Origin: the human T2T-CHM13v2.0 reference genome, Homo sapiens
Length of the DNA stretch: 64,000 bases
Strand: one strand, 5' to 3'
NCBI RefSeq assembly: GCF_009914755.1
Contig: NC_060925.1
Notes under the pieces: generated by a model
The model's database searches: none
What the model saw: the letters and a program-made list of their open reading frames with translations, nothing else
Told to the model about the DNA's origin: nothing
Translations under genes and position numbers: made by a program
Part shown: piece by piece, positions 16,582 to 29,790 of the stretch
Layout of the letters: each line of letters begins with the position of its first letter
How positions within the stretch are numbered: position 1 is the first letter of the stretch

Positions 16582-17066
16582 TCAAAGCTATCCTAGGTCA
16601 CATGCAGCCCACAGGCCATGGGTTGGACAAACTTGCCTTGGAGACTCACTGAAGAATGTTAATAAACAGTCAATGCATCTTTGAGGGAAAAGACCTCGCT
16701 ATATTTTTCTTTTTTTTTTTCTACTTGAGCCGCAAGTACACAGCAAGAATGTAAAATGTTGTTAAATGAAATAATGACATTTTACAAAATGGTACCCCAT
16801 CAATAACTGTTTCAATTTGCTGCACAACTTTGCCGATAGCTTTGGAATAAAATGAGAACCATTTTTAGATTATATAAAAGAAACTACCCTCTGCATGCAA
16901 TGTTATAATTTTAACAATTGAATTTGCTTTGGTCAATATTAATCCTAATTTTTTTTTAGGTTTATTTAAAAGAAAAATAGAAAATATTCAGAATTTATAT
17001 GTCTATCACCTAGGAAAATGTTTTATAATTTCATAAATAGGATTGTTAAATATCAAAAAAACTTAC

Positions 17067-17135
17067 AAATTTATATGCTGTCCGTACAGCAGGGGTTGCT
17101 TTGGTCATTGCTGTGTTGAACAGTGCACCTCCTTT
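17067..17135 (-). CDS. DENND1B: DENND1B coding exon, 69 nt, phase 0-0: KGGALFNTAMTKATPAVRTAYKF
   Basis: ttttgcag| acceptor, |gtaagt donor; peptide visible inside ORF 17046..17240. Confidence 0.95.
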
Positions 17136-17870
17136 CTGCAAAAGAAAAACAGAAACATATTTCCAAAAACTTTTAGCTAAAATATCCTGAAAACAAAGTA
17201 TTACAGTAAGTTGCATATTTAAAAAAAGGGCTTTACTCACAACTTAAAGACCTATACAAATTATTTCATGTTCAGTGTTTTCAAGTTTCTATGTACTTTA
17301 ATAATTTCAAACAAAATGTACACTTTCCACCTTGTTCTTTAGTTGATATAATACATCACTTAAAAATCATTTCTTCCTTGAAGCTTAGGTAGACTTGAGC
17401 AATATGACTAGTAATTTGAATATATTTAAAGCTTAATAAGAAAGAAATACAAGTTTATCAGCTGTTTTAATATCGGGCAAATAAAGTCTCAGTCTGGGGG
17501 AGAAAGTTTCATATTTAAAAATCATATTAACAAAACTATATTACCACAAATTATAAAATTGCCATCAAATCCTTCTACCCCACCTAATTTCTTCTTCTGG
17601 AAAATAATATAAGAAAAACAACATTTGGCAGTAAAATCTTGCTTTTCAAAATGAGCCATTTATCTTTGGACCAAAACTTTCCATTTAAAAATTATCTTAA
17701 TGAGTATCAACAAACTATAAACATAAAATAAGAATATTTAAAATGTGACAAAATATACAAACATTTCAAATATTTCAAATAAACTGCATAAGTATAAACA
17801 GCATACTTTTGCTGAACATTTCTCCATTTATATTAGAGTGAAAGAATAACATTTGAAAGCTTATGATTAC

Positions 17871-17911
17871 CTTGACTGTATGCACCCATTGTTGATATGA
17901 CCTCGGGTTCC
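17871..17911 (-). CDS. DENND1B: DENND1B coding exon, 41 nt, phase 1-0: (G)NPRSYQQWVHTVK
   Basis: atattccag| acceptor, AAG|gtaatc donor; phase complements the preceding 91-nt exon. Confidence 0.95.
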
Positions 17912-18258
17912 CTGGAATATATAAAAATGAGATGCCAGGAATGGTTGATCAAAAATAAATCTGTAAACCAAAATTTATCAAGAACTAGTATTTGCACAAT
18001 TTTTAGTAGGCAAATTTTATATGCAATGTTGAAAAGTAGTTCTAATAAAATCCAGCGATCAACATATCTGGTTCCAAATTCATAAATAATTTAGTCAATA
18101 AGATGATATCAGAAGGTAAAAAAAGAAATACATATACAACTTACCTAATCTTTCCCATCAACTGATCTCAGTTAGATTTCAGCTACCTTCTTGTTTAAAA
18201 GCTTAAATACTCCCTAAGTCGCAGGGGTAAAAAGTCACAATAAAAAAACAAAATCCCA

Positions 18259-18422
18259 GGCCTGGTGTGGTGGCTCCCACCTATAGTGCCAGCTACTTGA
18301 AAGGCTGTGGCCAGGGCACTGTTTGAGCCCAGGAGTTCAAGGTTGCAGTGTGCTAAGATTATGCCACTGCACTCCAGCCTGGGAGACAGGGCAAGACCCC
18401 ATCTCTTTTTTTTTTTTTTAAA
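18259..18422 (+). mobile_element. Monomeric Alu (FRAM/FAM-like) ending in a T-run
   Basis: Single monomer ending gaccccatctc, then a T-run; flanks aaaatcccag / aaagtcccag. Confidence 0.78.
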
Positions 18423-19419
18423 GTCCCAGTGGCTACTCAGACACTATCCAATACAAAGAACCCCTAAAACATACTGTTCTCCTCTACTCTGTGGCTGTGG
18501 ATTTTAAAAGATGTATCACCTTGCTCTTACAAAATAGAGACAAAATGATCTCAGCCCCAAAATTTCTTTCTAGCTGTTATCTTTGCATCCCTAATCAACA
18601 TCAGGCAAGAAGTGTCCAGCTCTGGATTCACTTCTGTATTTAAAATCTTACTCTAATTTAAAAGAAATATCAAAAAACAATTTTTATTCTGAAAAACATC
18701 TCTGACTACTCAGAACACAGCATTGCACCTTTTCTGGAGGATGAAACATGAAGACAAATTTTTTTTCTTAACTTGTGAAATAACTACAGCAAAATGTAAC
18801 TACCTAAAATAACCTTTGTAAAAATAAGTTGCCCTGTTTAAAAGGTGTGAGTTTCAGGTGGTATTTGGCTTGACCAAACTTTTAAAAGTATATTTCCCTT
18901 GTAAAATAATAAAACATTCCAAGTTATTCTACCAATTTATTTCTCAAGGAGATTTTTTAAACAACAACAAAAAAACCCTGCAGATCTTTATTCATCCAGA
19001 TTATTCATATATGTTTCTGTATTAAAAAGCTCTCATCAGTTCATATACTTTTTACTTCTCTACTAAAAATGGCTGAGTGGAAATCACATATTTAAGACTT
19101 TGTTATTATTCACAGTATTCTGGAAAGTGTTTTAATTATTTTCCCAAAATGAATGTAAGAAAGTGGAAGAAGAAACAAACACCAGTTTAGCATTCTGTAA
19201 CCTTTGTCAATCCAGAAAACAATTCTTTTAAACCTCTGAACCACAAAGAAACTAGCTATGATAAAAGTTTCAAACTATCGTAGAAAGGTTAGGGTCTTAT
19301 TTAGAACTATGAGGAATTTAAAAAAGCTAATTTTCAGCTCTGTACAAGTCATCGCATGTTTTTATCTACATTATTTGAACTGTACTTTTCTACTGTAAAA
19401 TAGGCAAACAGTGCCATAA

Positions 19420-19680
19420 GCAGTCAGTTCAATGAGAAGGAAGTGGGCTTTGGAGTCCAATGGACCTTTAGAGCTCAGGCCTACTCTATCTTTGTGAAGG
19501 ATGTGATTTGGGATGAGGTCCTTAACTTGGCTGAGCATCAGCTTCTTCATTCATCAAATAAGCATAATAGTCATTGTCCTTCAGGATTATTGTGAGGATG
19601 AAAGATAACGATTAAACAATGTTTAGTATGGTACATAGTATATTGAAGAAATATCATAAATGATCGTTATTACTATAAAT
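19420..19680 (+). mobile_element. MIR
   Basis: gggctttggagtcca...cttaacttggctgagcatcagcttcttcat...attgtgaggat. Confidence 0.65.
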
Positions 19681-21569
19681 AATTTGCCAAAATAGAAAAC
19701 TGAGGTTCTATGATGATGTATTATTCAGCCATGTTCTCAAGGCTAGCAACTGAAACAGAATAAGAATCTAGGAATTTAATCCCCGGTTCATTATTCCTTC
19801 AACTCTGAAAAACTCCCTCTAAGACTGCTAAATAAAATATGATTAAAACTTAAGTTATACAGAGTTTCCTCTGTATCACACCCAAAGCAATTATATTTGA
19901 AAGGGAAAGGGGCTGCTCAAGGCTAATACCCTGAAAAAGAAGGTTAATAGAGAGAATTACCGGTAATAATCTAAAATTTCATAGTATAGGGGCAAAGAAG
20001 AAGTCCCTTGCTTCGATGTTATGAAAACATGGTACAATTTAGGTAGATTCCTATTTTAAAAGTTTTAAGGGCTAATTGTGCCTTTAAATTTTACTGCTTT
20101 TATGATTTAAGGTTCCTATTTCCACAATATTTATGAGAAAAGTACATTATTCTTTAGCAGTGTTAGAAAAAGGCTGTTATTCTAAAAATTAATTTGAATG
20201 CTAAAGAAATCCCTCAGAATCCTTCTTTTAAAATAACTGGATTATGGCAATAATAGGCATTACTGAGGAAATTCTTAACATTATTTTTGTTAATAAAACT
20301 AGTGATTTTCTCACACTTAAGGACAAAATATCTATTTCTCATTTATGCCAAGACTTTCTCCTCAAATGTACTTGCTTAAATTCCAGTAATTTGTACTCAT
20401 TTATCTCAAAATGTAAATTGGTCTAAATTGTTCAACAAGGCCAGAAAAATGCCACTAAACTGATATTACCTACCACGTCTTCAAATTCCTTTGATACCTT
20501 AGTCAGTAAAACTAAATAAGAATGGAAAAATAAATAAATGAACAAATAAAAGACTCATCAGATTATATGTGTAAACTAAGGAAGAAACACATGCTAGTGA
20601 TAGAGAGTAACCACATACTCCTCATAAAATGAATCTGAAAATATTTCTCCTGTTTAAAGTTGATGTAAATGTAAAAACTAGTTTTATTTTAAATGAAAAA
20701 AAAGTATTTAAAGAAAGAATATGTTCTTAACTACTCAATATTTCTTACCTGCTTTTTCACAGACCAACACTGTGTTTACTTAAATGCATCCTTTGTTCTA
20801 CTCCTGTCCTGTTTTATTATCTTTTAAACTCCATGGTTACTCTTCCCTTCACACATTCCTTTTAAGTTAAGTTAAAATTTTCCTTTTAAGTTAAGGTGGA
20901 AGATTTTGCAAGGGTCTCATGAAGGAATAAGGTATGACGTGGATTTCCTTAATAGTCCTGATGAGGGCTCACAGGGCAGAGGCAGTTTTTGAAAAAATGC
21001 ATGTATTCACAGATTCTTTAACCATACAGTTCCAGATTCAAATGTGAATCTAGATGTTCCTTATCTGATTGTCCTGCACTGTATATTTTTAATCAGAGCC
21101 ACAATAATGATAAAGCTCCATCATATTCATATTCATTTTATCATAACCATCGGCATTAACAAAAATAGTGTATAAACTACTACTGCAATGATAAAGAGGA
21201 GAAAATAGATGTTTCTCTCAAATTTCCTAATTATTGTTGCTTAAAGGAACACAATTTTTTCTTAGCTTTAGTTAATGTTAATTTCTGCCACAGTGGTCTT
21301 TCTAGGACTTCATGTGTAAAAAATCTACAAGAAATTCAAAAGAGATGAGAATTTTGCTTTGATTCAATCAGAGTAGGAAAGGGTTAAGTATTACTCTTGT
21401 TTACTGAATGTTTTTGCATTAAGAAAATCTACTATAAAAAACAGTATATCTTTGAAGCCACATAGACACATGTGGAATTGAGACTCTGGCCACTACTGGC
21501 TGTGTGACCTTGAGTAAATTATTGAGCTGAATACTCAATAAAAATGAGGTAATGAAAGTACCTCCTTTG

Positions 21570-21955
21570 CTGGATTAAGAAAATGTGGCACATATACACC
21601 ATGGAATACTATGCAGCCATAAAAAATGATGAGTTCATGTCCTTTGTAGGGACATGGATGAAGCTGGAAACCATCGTTCTCAGCAAACTATCACAAGGAC
21701 AAAAAACCAAACACCACATGTTCTCACTCATAGGTGGGAATTGAACAATGAGAACACATGGACACAGGAAGGGGAACATCACACACCAGGGCCTGTTGTG
21801 GGGTGAGGGGCAGGGGAGGGATAGCATTTGGAGATATACCTAATGTTAAGTGACGAGTTACTGGGTGCAGCACACCAACATGGCACATGTATACATATGT
21901 AACTAACCTGCATGTTGTGCACGTGTACCCTAAAACTTTAATTAAAAAAAAAAAA
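21570..21955 (+). mobile_element. 5'-truncated L1PA 3' end inserted in a MIR
   Basis: L1PA ORF2 end and 3'UTR, poly-A, TSD aagtacctcctt; MIR sequence on both sides (~21470-22070). Confidence 0.92.
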
Positions 21956-22212
21956 GGAAGTACCTCCTTGGGTGTTGTGAGGGTTAAATGAGATAATATT
22001 TGTAGAGCTCCTGGGAAAGTTTCTGCCACATATTAGTGCTCAATAAATATGAGCAATTATTATATTACTATTATTATGAGATAAACAACAAAGTTAGATC
22101 AGTTTACTTCTTTGAAGAACAGGTTAATTTCATGACATCGATATATTCTTCTTTCTCACAAGGGTAATGTGAATGACGTATGTTTGGAACTGACCTCTAG
22201 GAACCATTTTAT

Positions 22213-22214
<2 letters not shown>

Positions 22215-22246
<32 letters not shown>
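22215..22246. repeat. (CA)n microsatellite
   Basis: Direct reading. Confidence 0.97.
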
Positions 22247-22249
<3 letters not shown>

Positions 22250-23284
22250 AGATAGATGGATATCTTCTAATTAACAGTTAGAACACTGCTAATTTTTATT
22301 GTATAAGTCATCTTTTTATTTCAAATCCTAACACATTTTGCTTTATTTTCATCTACAAAAAAAGTCTATGTATAAAATAACATAACACAGAATAATTTAA
22401 AAATAATGCTTGACAGGCACAAATTTCTAACGGACTTTCTTGCTGTACTCACTGGAATTAATATTTGTCAAATTAGGCTTTCCTTTTAGATAAGTACTGG
22501 CTCTCTCAAATTAAAATAAGAGTTCAAAACCTTTTCATTTTAATAAAGAACAACAAAGTAGTGGGCATTAAGTTGTATTGAAAATGCAGCAGTTTCTAAG
22601 TCAGATACTTATCGGTAATCATATTCTCCTAATCTTTTTTAAACAATAAGGCTTTTCGTGAAAAATTTTAGTGGGCCCTCCCACCAGAAAAGCCACCTAT
22701 CTCTACTCTATTCAGAGGTACCTGGACCAATGGTTAAGACTACAGAATTTAACTGTACAAAAGGATCATAGTTCTAGCCTCTTATTGTCACAAAATGTCA
22801 TCTTCAATTCTATAAAAGCTACTAGCCCCACGGGTCATAAAGATAATGAGACAGCAGTTATGTAAATACCGAATAGATGCCTTAAGCAACTTGTCCATGG
22901 GCTGACAAAATTTTGCTTGTCTGAGTTGAGAAGTAAAAAAGTGTTATTTTAACACAAAAGTTCCATTGAAGCTAAATTTTTACCCATGAACTGAAGGAAG
23001 CAAGGAGCTGAATGATTCCACATTCAGCTTACTTTCTGAGTCAAGCAAACTAACTTTTCCCCAAGCTAAATGCTTTCAATGAAATGCTACACTTACATCA
23101 GATAAAGGTCCGCAACTACTGAGTTCATTTGTACCTCCTTTAATGAACCAATTATCTCAATGGTTTCTATATTTTCATGGTGGGAAAATGAATCTTAAAA
23201 ATAACGTTAAATTTTGTGAAATGTGTAGATGAGTACTTATTACGTTTTGTCTTTTCATGTGTCATTTCTGAATTCCAGCATCTA

Positions 23285-23411
23285 TTTATTTACATATAGA
23301 CTGAAGTTTTTTTTCCTCAAAACAAACATACAAAGAAGTTTAAAAAATTGCTATTATACCAGGCCAAAAATTAACACACTAAGATACAGAATACAAGGAT
23401 TTTTGTTTATT
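23285..23411 (-). terminator. Candidate polyadenylation signals for the short isoform (AATAAA on minus strand at 23406-23411 and 23285-23290)
   Basis: tttatt hexamers on + strand 0.7-0.8 kb downstream of the read-through stop; region is AT-rich so specificity is limited. Confidence 0.4.
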
Positions 23412-24112
23412 TAGTACACTTAATATTTAGAACAGTGCCTAATACATTGTAAGCACTCAGCAAATAATGAATGAACACGACATTTCAAGGACTCAAGCAA
23501 AATGCTCTGCAAGTCAAGACTATACACCACTACAATCGTGCAAAAATATCAGTTTGTAAATTATTAATTGCCTAGATAATTATAACAGTATTTGAACATT
23601 TACACTAGAAGGATTAATTGTACTTATGGAATGGTAAACTGGAAACTTTCTTAATGCTGCAGTGATCTATAAAGTCAAAAAGGTAAAGACATCTGTATAA
23701 TAATAATACAGTTACTTAAATATGTATAAAGAATTTTGGTGTTCAGACCCTTCTTTTTGGATTGTATTACCAATCATAACCTCAGTTCTTAAATTCATAC
23801 TCAGTAATAACCATCACTAGTAGTTTTCTAGCAGAGAATACTACTATTCAGAAGGAAAGACAGGAAGATATGAGTTGACTGGATTTCTGTATTACTAATT
23901 TCCAGCAATATTAAGAGATTATCGAGGCCAACAGCTGCCAATTCAGGAGGCCAACTTAATGCCTTGAGTAACAGGTATCAGGCAAAATAAGCTAATTCCA
24001 TAGCTTTTATAAGATGAAAAATGTATTTAAGACATTACATATTTAGGAGGAAATCATTAGTTGTTTATGAAATAGGTTTTATCAGACACAAGTGCAAAGA
24101 CCAAGAAAATTG

Positions 24113-24153
24113 TTATTGAGAAAATGGATAATCATATTGTAACTTGTCTTTAC
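24113..24153 (-). CDS. DENND1B: Intron read-through extension giving the short-isoform C-terminus (G)KDKLQYDYPFSQ*
   Basis: Frame continues past the donor to TAA at 24113-24115; matches my recollection of the short DENND1B isoform end. Confidence 0.8.
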
Positions 24154-24244
24154 CTCCACAAAAGCCACCTGAAGTGATCTCTTCTTCAAATACATCAGAG
24201 AAACCCCTTCCTGCATTTAGTTTTGCCAGTCGACCATCGATAAA
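24154..24244 (-). CDS. DENND1B: DENND1B coding exon, 91 nt, phase 0-1: FIDGRLAKLNAGRGFSDVFEEEITSGGFCG
   Basis: ttctag| acceptor, GAG|gtaaag donor; completes the QLFKQ-FIDGRL motif of DENND1 proteins. Confidence 0.96.
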
Positions 24245-25229
24245 CTAGAATTAAAAAGTGTCAAATAAAATGTATCAAATAAAATGTTATCCAATAAAAT
24301 GTTAATTTTTCATTTTATAAGGTTAGATTTTTACTTACATCAAAAACATTAATAACAGACTCTTGTATAAATTACACATATATGGTGTATATATACACAC
24401 ACACAAGAAAATTCTCAAACAATGGAAAGAACAGGTGCTCAGTAGACAGCAGCTAATTAATTAAATTGCAAATGTACAGCAAAGAGTCTAACTCTAACTT
24501 ATTAGCAAAAAATAGCAAAATGCAGTAGTAAAGATCATAGGCTCTGGATAGGTTGCTCAATGCACAATCTCTACAGAGGAGTTTGTACAAAGGTACTGTT
24601 GCCTTGCCAAGCCATTTACCCATGGGGCTCTGTCTTCCCCAGCCAGGCCTGTTTACCCAGTACCTGCCTCACAGTGTTGCTGCAAACAACAAATTAGATT
24701 AACCTAGGAAATGTGACACAGCAAGTATCTGTGAGATGTTAGACATTACCTGTTTTCAGCTTATTAACTTCATTCAGTAAAATAAAACACTACTTGTCTA
24801 ACCTATTATATTCTAAAGCATAATAGAGCACCAAATAATTTTAACCATTTACAATAAAATCAATACAACTTTCATAGTTCCTGGCATACATTCTCACTGA
24901 ATGACAGGAATTATGATTATTAAGTTAAATACAGTTGAGGTAAATGCATACTGACTTGACATGCATGAGGTTATTTTAGGCAATATTTTTCAGTGTTCTT
25001 AAAAAAGAGGTTGGAGGAGTGGGAAACTGAAACTATCAAAAGCACCCGAAGATCTTTTTCGAAGTGCAGAAATCCAGATACCCTGGAGACTATCTTCCAT
25101 TGCCTGTTCTGCTCCAGTCCTCACCTGTTCCAACATACATAGCATACCAGAATCTCACAGTATTAATGCTGCATTTGAAAAGTATCCTGGGTATTTTTAT
25201 ATGACCAACCCAAGGTGAAAATCAATGAT

Positions 25230-25231
<2 letters not shown>

Positions 25232-25272
<41 letters not shown>
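25232..25272. repeat. (CA)n microsatellite
   Basis: Direct reading. Confidence 0.97.
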
Positions 25273-25274
<2 letters not shown>

Positions 25275-25681
25275 ATTACTAGCAGCACTTGGTTACCTTT
25301 TATTTTGTTGATTTGTGGCACCTAGAATTTGATATGTTGTGGTTTACTCCATCCATAATTATGATGAGGTATCTTTAAGTCTTCCTTGCTTAAGAGGCAG
25401 GGGATAACATAGGAAAGATTTACATGCTTTTTGCAAGGAGGACTTGAAGATGGATTAAAACTTCCATCTTTTGGATGCATCCAAAAACTAACTAATCCTG
25501 ACCATTTTTTACCCTAGAAATTTAAATTTTACCTGAACTAAAATAAAGTAGCTGGTCTTTAAAAAGAGAAACTCAGATACTTCCTTGGTTTTCTGTTTGA
25601 ACGGTTAATGAACAAAACTAATTGAGATGAGTTGTATAGGACAATACAATATTCCTCAGCAGCAATTTAAGATAATTAATA

Positions 25682-26054
<373 letters not shown>

Positions 26055-26119
26055 TTACAGAAAAAATTAAGAAAGAATAGAAAATGAATCAACAGATTCA
26101 TGTTCAAAATGTGCTTTAC

Positions 26120-27492
26120 CCAGACCAAGGGAACAGAATAGAGACACCTGAAATAAAGCTGCACACCTACAACCAACTGATCTTTAACAAAATTGACAAA
26201 AATAAGTAATGGTGAAAGACACCCTTTTCAATATATGTGCCAGGAAAACTGGCTAACCATATGCAGAAGAATGAAACTGGAGTCTTACATCTCAAGATAT
26301 ATTAAAAAAAATTAACTCAAGGTGAATTAAAGACTTAAATGTAAGACCTCAAACTAAAAACCTTTCTCCCTAGAAGAAAACCTTTCTTCCTAGAAGAAAA
26401 CCTAGGAAATACCTTTCCAGACACTTGCCTAGGCAAATAACCTATGACTAAGTCTTCAAAAGTAAATGTAACAAAACCAAAAATTGAAAATTGGGGCCCA
26501 ATTAAACTAAAGAGCTTCTGCACAGCAAAAGAAACTATCAATGGAGTAAACAGACAACCTACAGAATGGGAGAAAATACTGGCAAACTATGCATCCAACA
26601 AAGGACTAATATCCAGAATCTATAAGAAACTTAAACCAACAAGAAAAAAACAAGTAACTCCATTAAAAATTGGGCAAAGGACATGAACAGACACTGCTCA
26701 AAAGAAGATATAAGTGGCCAAGAAACATATGAAAGAATGCTCAACATCACTAATCATCAGAGAGATGCAAATCAAAACCACAATGAGATACCACCTCACA
26801 GCAGTCAGAATGACTATTATTAAAAAGTCAAAAAGTAACAGATGTTAACGAATTTGTGGAGAAAGGGAACACTTATACACTGTCGGTGAGAGTGCAAATT
26901 AGTTCAGGCCCTGTGAAAAGCAGCTTGGACATTTCTCAAAGAACTAAAAATAGAATTACCATTCGATCCAGCAATCCCCATATTGGGTATATAGCCAAAG
27001 GAAAATAAATAATTCCTCCAAAAAGACACTTGCATTTGTATGTTTATCCCGGCACTATTGACATAGCAAAGACATGGATTCAACCCAGCTGCCTTTTACC
27101 AGCAGACTGGATAAAGAAAATGTGGTACATATACACCATGGAATACTTTGCAGCCATAAAAAAGAATGAAATCATGTCATTTGCAACCAATAAATGATGC
27201 TGGAGGCCATTATCTTAAGCAAATTCATGCAGAAATAAAATCAAATATTGCAAGTTTTCACTTAAAAGTGGGAAGTAAACATTGGGTATACAGGGACACA
27301 AAGATGGGAACTATAAACACTGGAGAGTCCAAATTGTGGGGAAAGGTGGGAGTGGGGCAGAGGTTGAAAAACTACTTATTGGGTACTATGTTCATTATCT
27401 GGGATATGAGATTATTAGAAGCCCAAACCTCAGCATCATGCAACATACCCATGTACCAAACCTACATATGTACCTCTGAGTCTAAAATAATG
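26120..27492 (+). mobile_element. Old primate L1 (late L1PA/L1PB) 3' fragment
   Basis: ORF2 C-terminal homology (ORF 26444..26686) with frameshifts, followed by 3'UTR. Confidence 0.88.
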
Positions 27493-29577
27493 AATGAATG
27501 GAAACAACTATTAATGGAAAAATGTGGTTTAATCATCCTTTTATCATCATCTAATGCTTTTGAGTGAAAACTGTGGTAAGACAGGTTTAAATAAACATAG
27601 CCTAAAATAATGGAATCTTAGATTTTTTAGAGCATGAGTTGTTCTCACAAAACTTAGAACTATTTGAGGACAAGGACCATACATTACCCATTTTCACATC
27701 TTCATTATGCTTGGCATACAAAAGGTTTCCTATAGTATAAATTAACATGGAGTGTGGAGTATCAAAGGCCTGCATCACAACTTGGCCACTTACTAGTTTT
27801 ATGATCTTGGGCCACTTGTCACCTCTAAGACTATTTCTCCTTCTGTAAAATGGGAGTAATAAAAATACCTTATGCGGTATTGCAAAGAGCTAATTAAAAT
27901 AATATAAAGTGTCTGCATTGTGTACACCCAATAAATGCTAAATAATAAAGTCCACTTTCCCCAGTACCACCACCTTTTCTATCTCTGTCCAATTTTTATG
28001 AGCTTCCCAAGGGAAGGATCACTGTCTTTCACATGTATGCATCTTCAATACCTGGCAAAATACCTGCCATAAAGTTTGAACTGAGTAAATGTTGTGGAAA
28101 GACGGAAGTACACTTTAACAATGCTGAAGTTCATATACTTCTACCCAGTTTTAAAGGCAAATAATTATAATGCATAGAACTAATTCATTTCATTCTATCT
28201 TGAGGTCAAAGCTAGGAACTTATAATGTTGGCATCTTTGCTATACATAATGGTAATTTTTAAATAAGGTGGTTTAAAACGCATGCAAAATTTGACTTGCA
28301 CACATTTGTAACACAGTATTATAAATCAAAGTGATCTCATTTGATGGACTAGTTATAATTTTTTTAAAAATAAAGTGAAAGCAAAATGATAAAGTGAAAG
28401 TAATACATTACTGACAAATAGAACAAACTAAGACATCCTTTAAAGGACTTAATTTGCTCTAAAAGATTAAGACTAGAAGACTTGCTAAAAGGTTTTCATT
28501 TTTGTGTTTACTGGAAATAATCCATCCATTTCAGAAATAAGTGGAACAGTTCAAGTCTAAAAAGCGATAAATCCCAAAACTATTTACTGATTATGCATTT
28601 TTGAGTATGAGTAACTACTCTGTCTTACTAACCTTGTGATTTGAGCCAACAGAAATTAATCACTCAGTAAAATGACATGTGTTATCACTGACTTTGCAAA
28701 CAATCCTGTCAGTGGCAGACACCAATGTACACAATGAGTGAAAATGTTTGTTCTTGTAACAAAAGATTGATTTCATGCATATACATACATATATTATATG
28801 TAGATGCATATAAATAGACATCCAGGAATAAACTGAAAAGCGTTATTAATGAGAAGAATGCTGAATTTAACAGTTTTTCAAACACCTTTTTCTATTTTTA
28901 TTCAATAACAGCTATTTTTCCCCCAAGTGGAGTTGGTTCATGGTTATACCACTTTAATAACTCTGGAGCATTTCATAATAAGTAAAAGAGATAAGAAAAT
29001 TTTTAGTTACTGATGCAGAGAAATAATTTTGAACTAATAAAAAATCATCTCTGTTGGAAAAGCTGTGACTCTATAATGTGCTATCACATGTTGCCTTATA
29101 AACAGTTACCTATTTCATTTAGTAAACACATATCTACAGGTAATTGGAAGACATAAGCTTTGAAAGAATTAGTTTATTATTATAAGTAATGACAAATAGC
29201 ATTGTTAATAACAATAAAAGTGACATCGATATAACATAAAATTAGGTTGCAAGTAGATTTTTAAAAGAACTTAAGAATTTGCTTTAAGATGATGCTTTTA
29301 TATAAATCTTAATATTTTTCTTTTTATTCCAAAAGAAAAAAATTAAAATCTAGATCTAAACATGTTAATCACACCAAAACATAAATAACATAACTGGAAA
29401 TCTTACAAAAATTCATAGATATTATCCCATAGTATGGATTCCATAATTTCATAAATTATAAAGATAAAATTGATTTAAATAATAATACATGTAATTCTCA
29501 AGATCAATGACATTATTCCCTCTAAATCATCAACAATTGCAAGAACCAGATTTTGTTAATCTTTATGACATGATCTT

Positions 29578-29790
29578 TTTGCTTTCGGAGATGACAAGGA
29601 TTTTAGGAGCTATGATCCAGGAACCGTGGACAAAAACAAATATACATGTTACATAACACCAGAGGCCACGCTCTAGTTTTCAATCACGGGTCTGTTACAT
29701 CAAAATAATATATATATAAAATCATTAATAATTAGTCCAGTCCATTATACTGGAGGGCACTCAGGTTTGCAGGTTTCCTTTCAACCTTGC
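29578..29790 (-). mobile_element. 213-bp ERV internal/LTR-junction fragment (MER21/MER77-like) between 15-bp direct repeats
   Basis: Perfect ttatgacatgatctt at 29563-29577 and 29791-29805; aaggattttaggagctatgatccaggaacc resembles a MER21-group LTR start in reverse. Confidence 0.65.

Noticed and set aside
20747-20900. Strong minus-strand donor CAG|gtaaga as a cryptic exon
   Set aside because: Only weak AAG acceptors upstream
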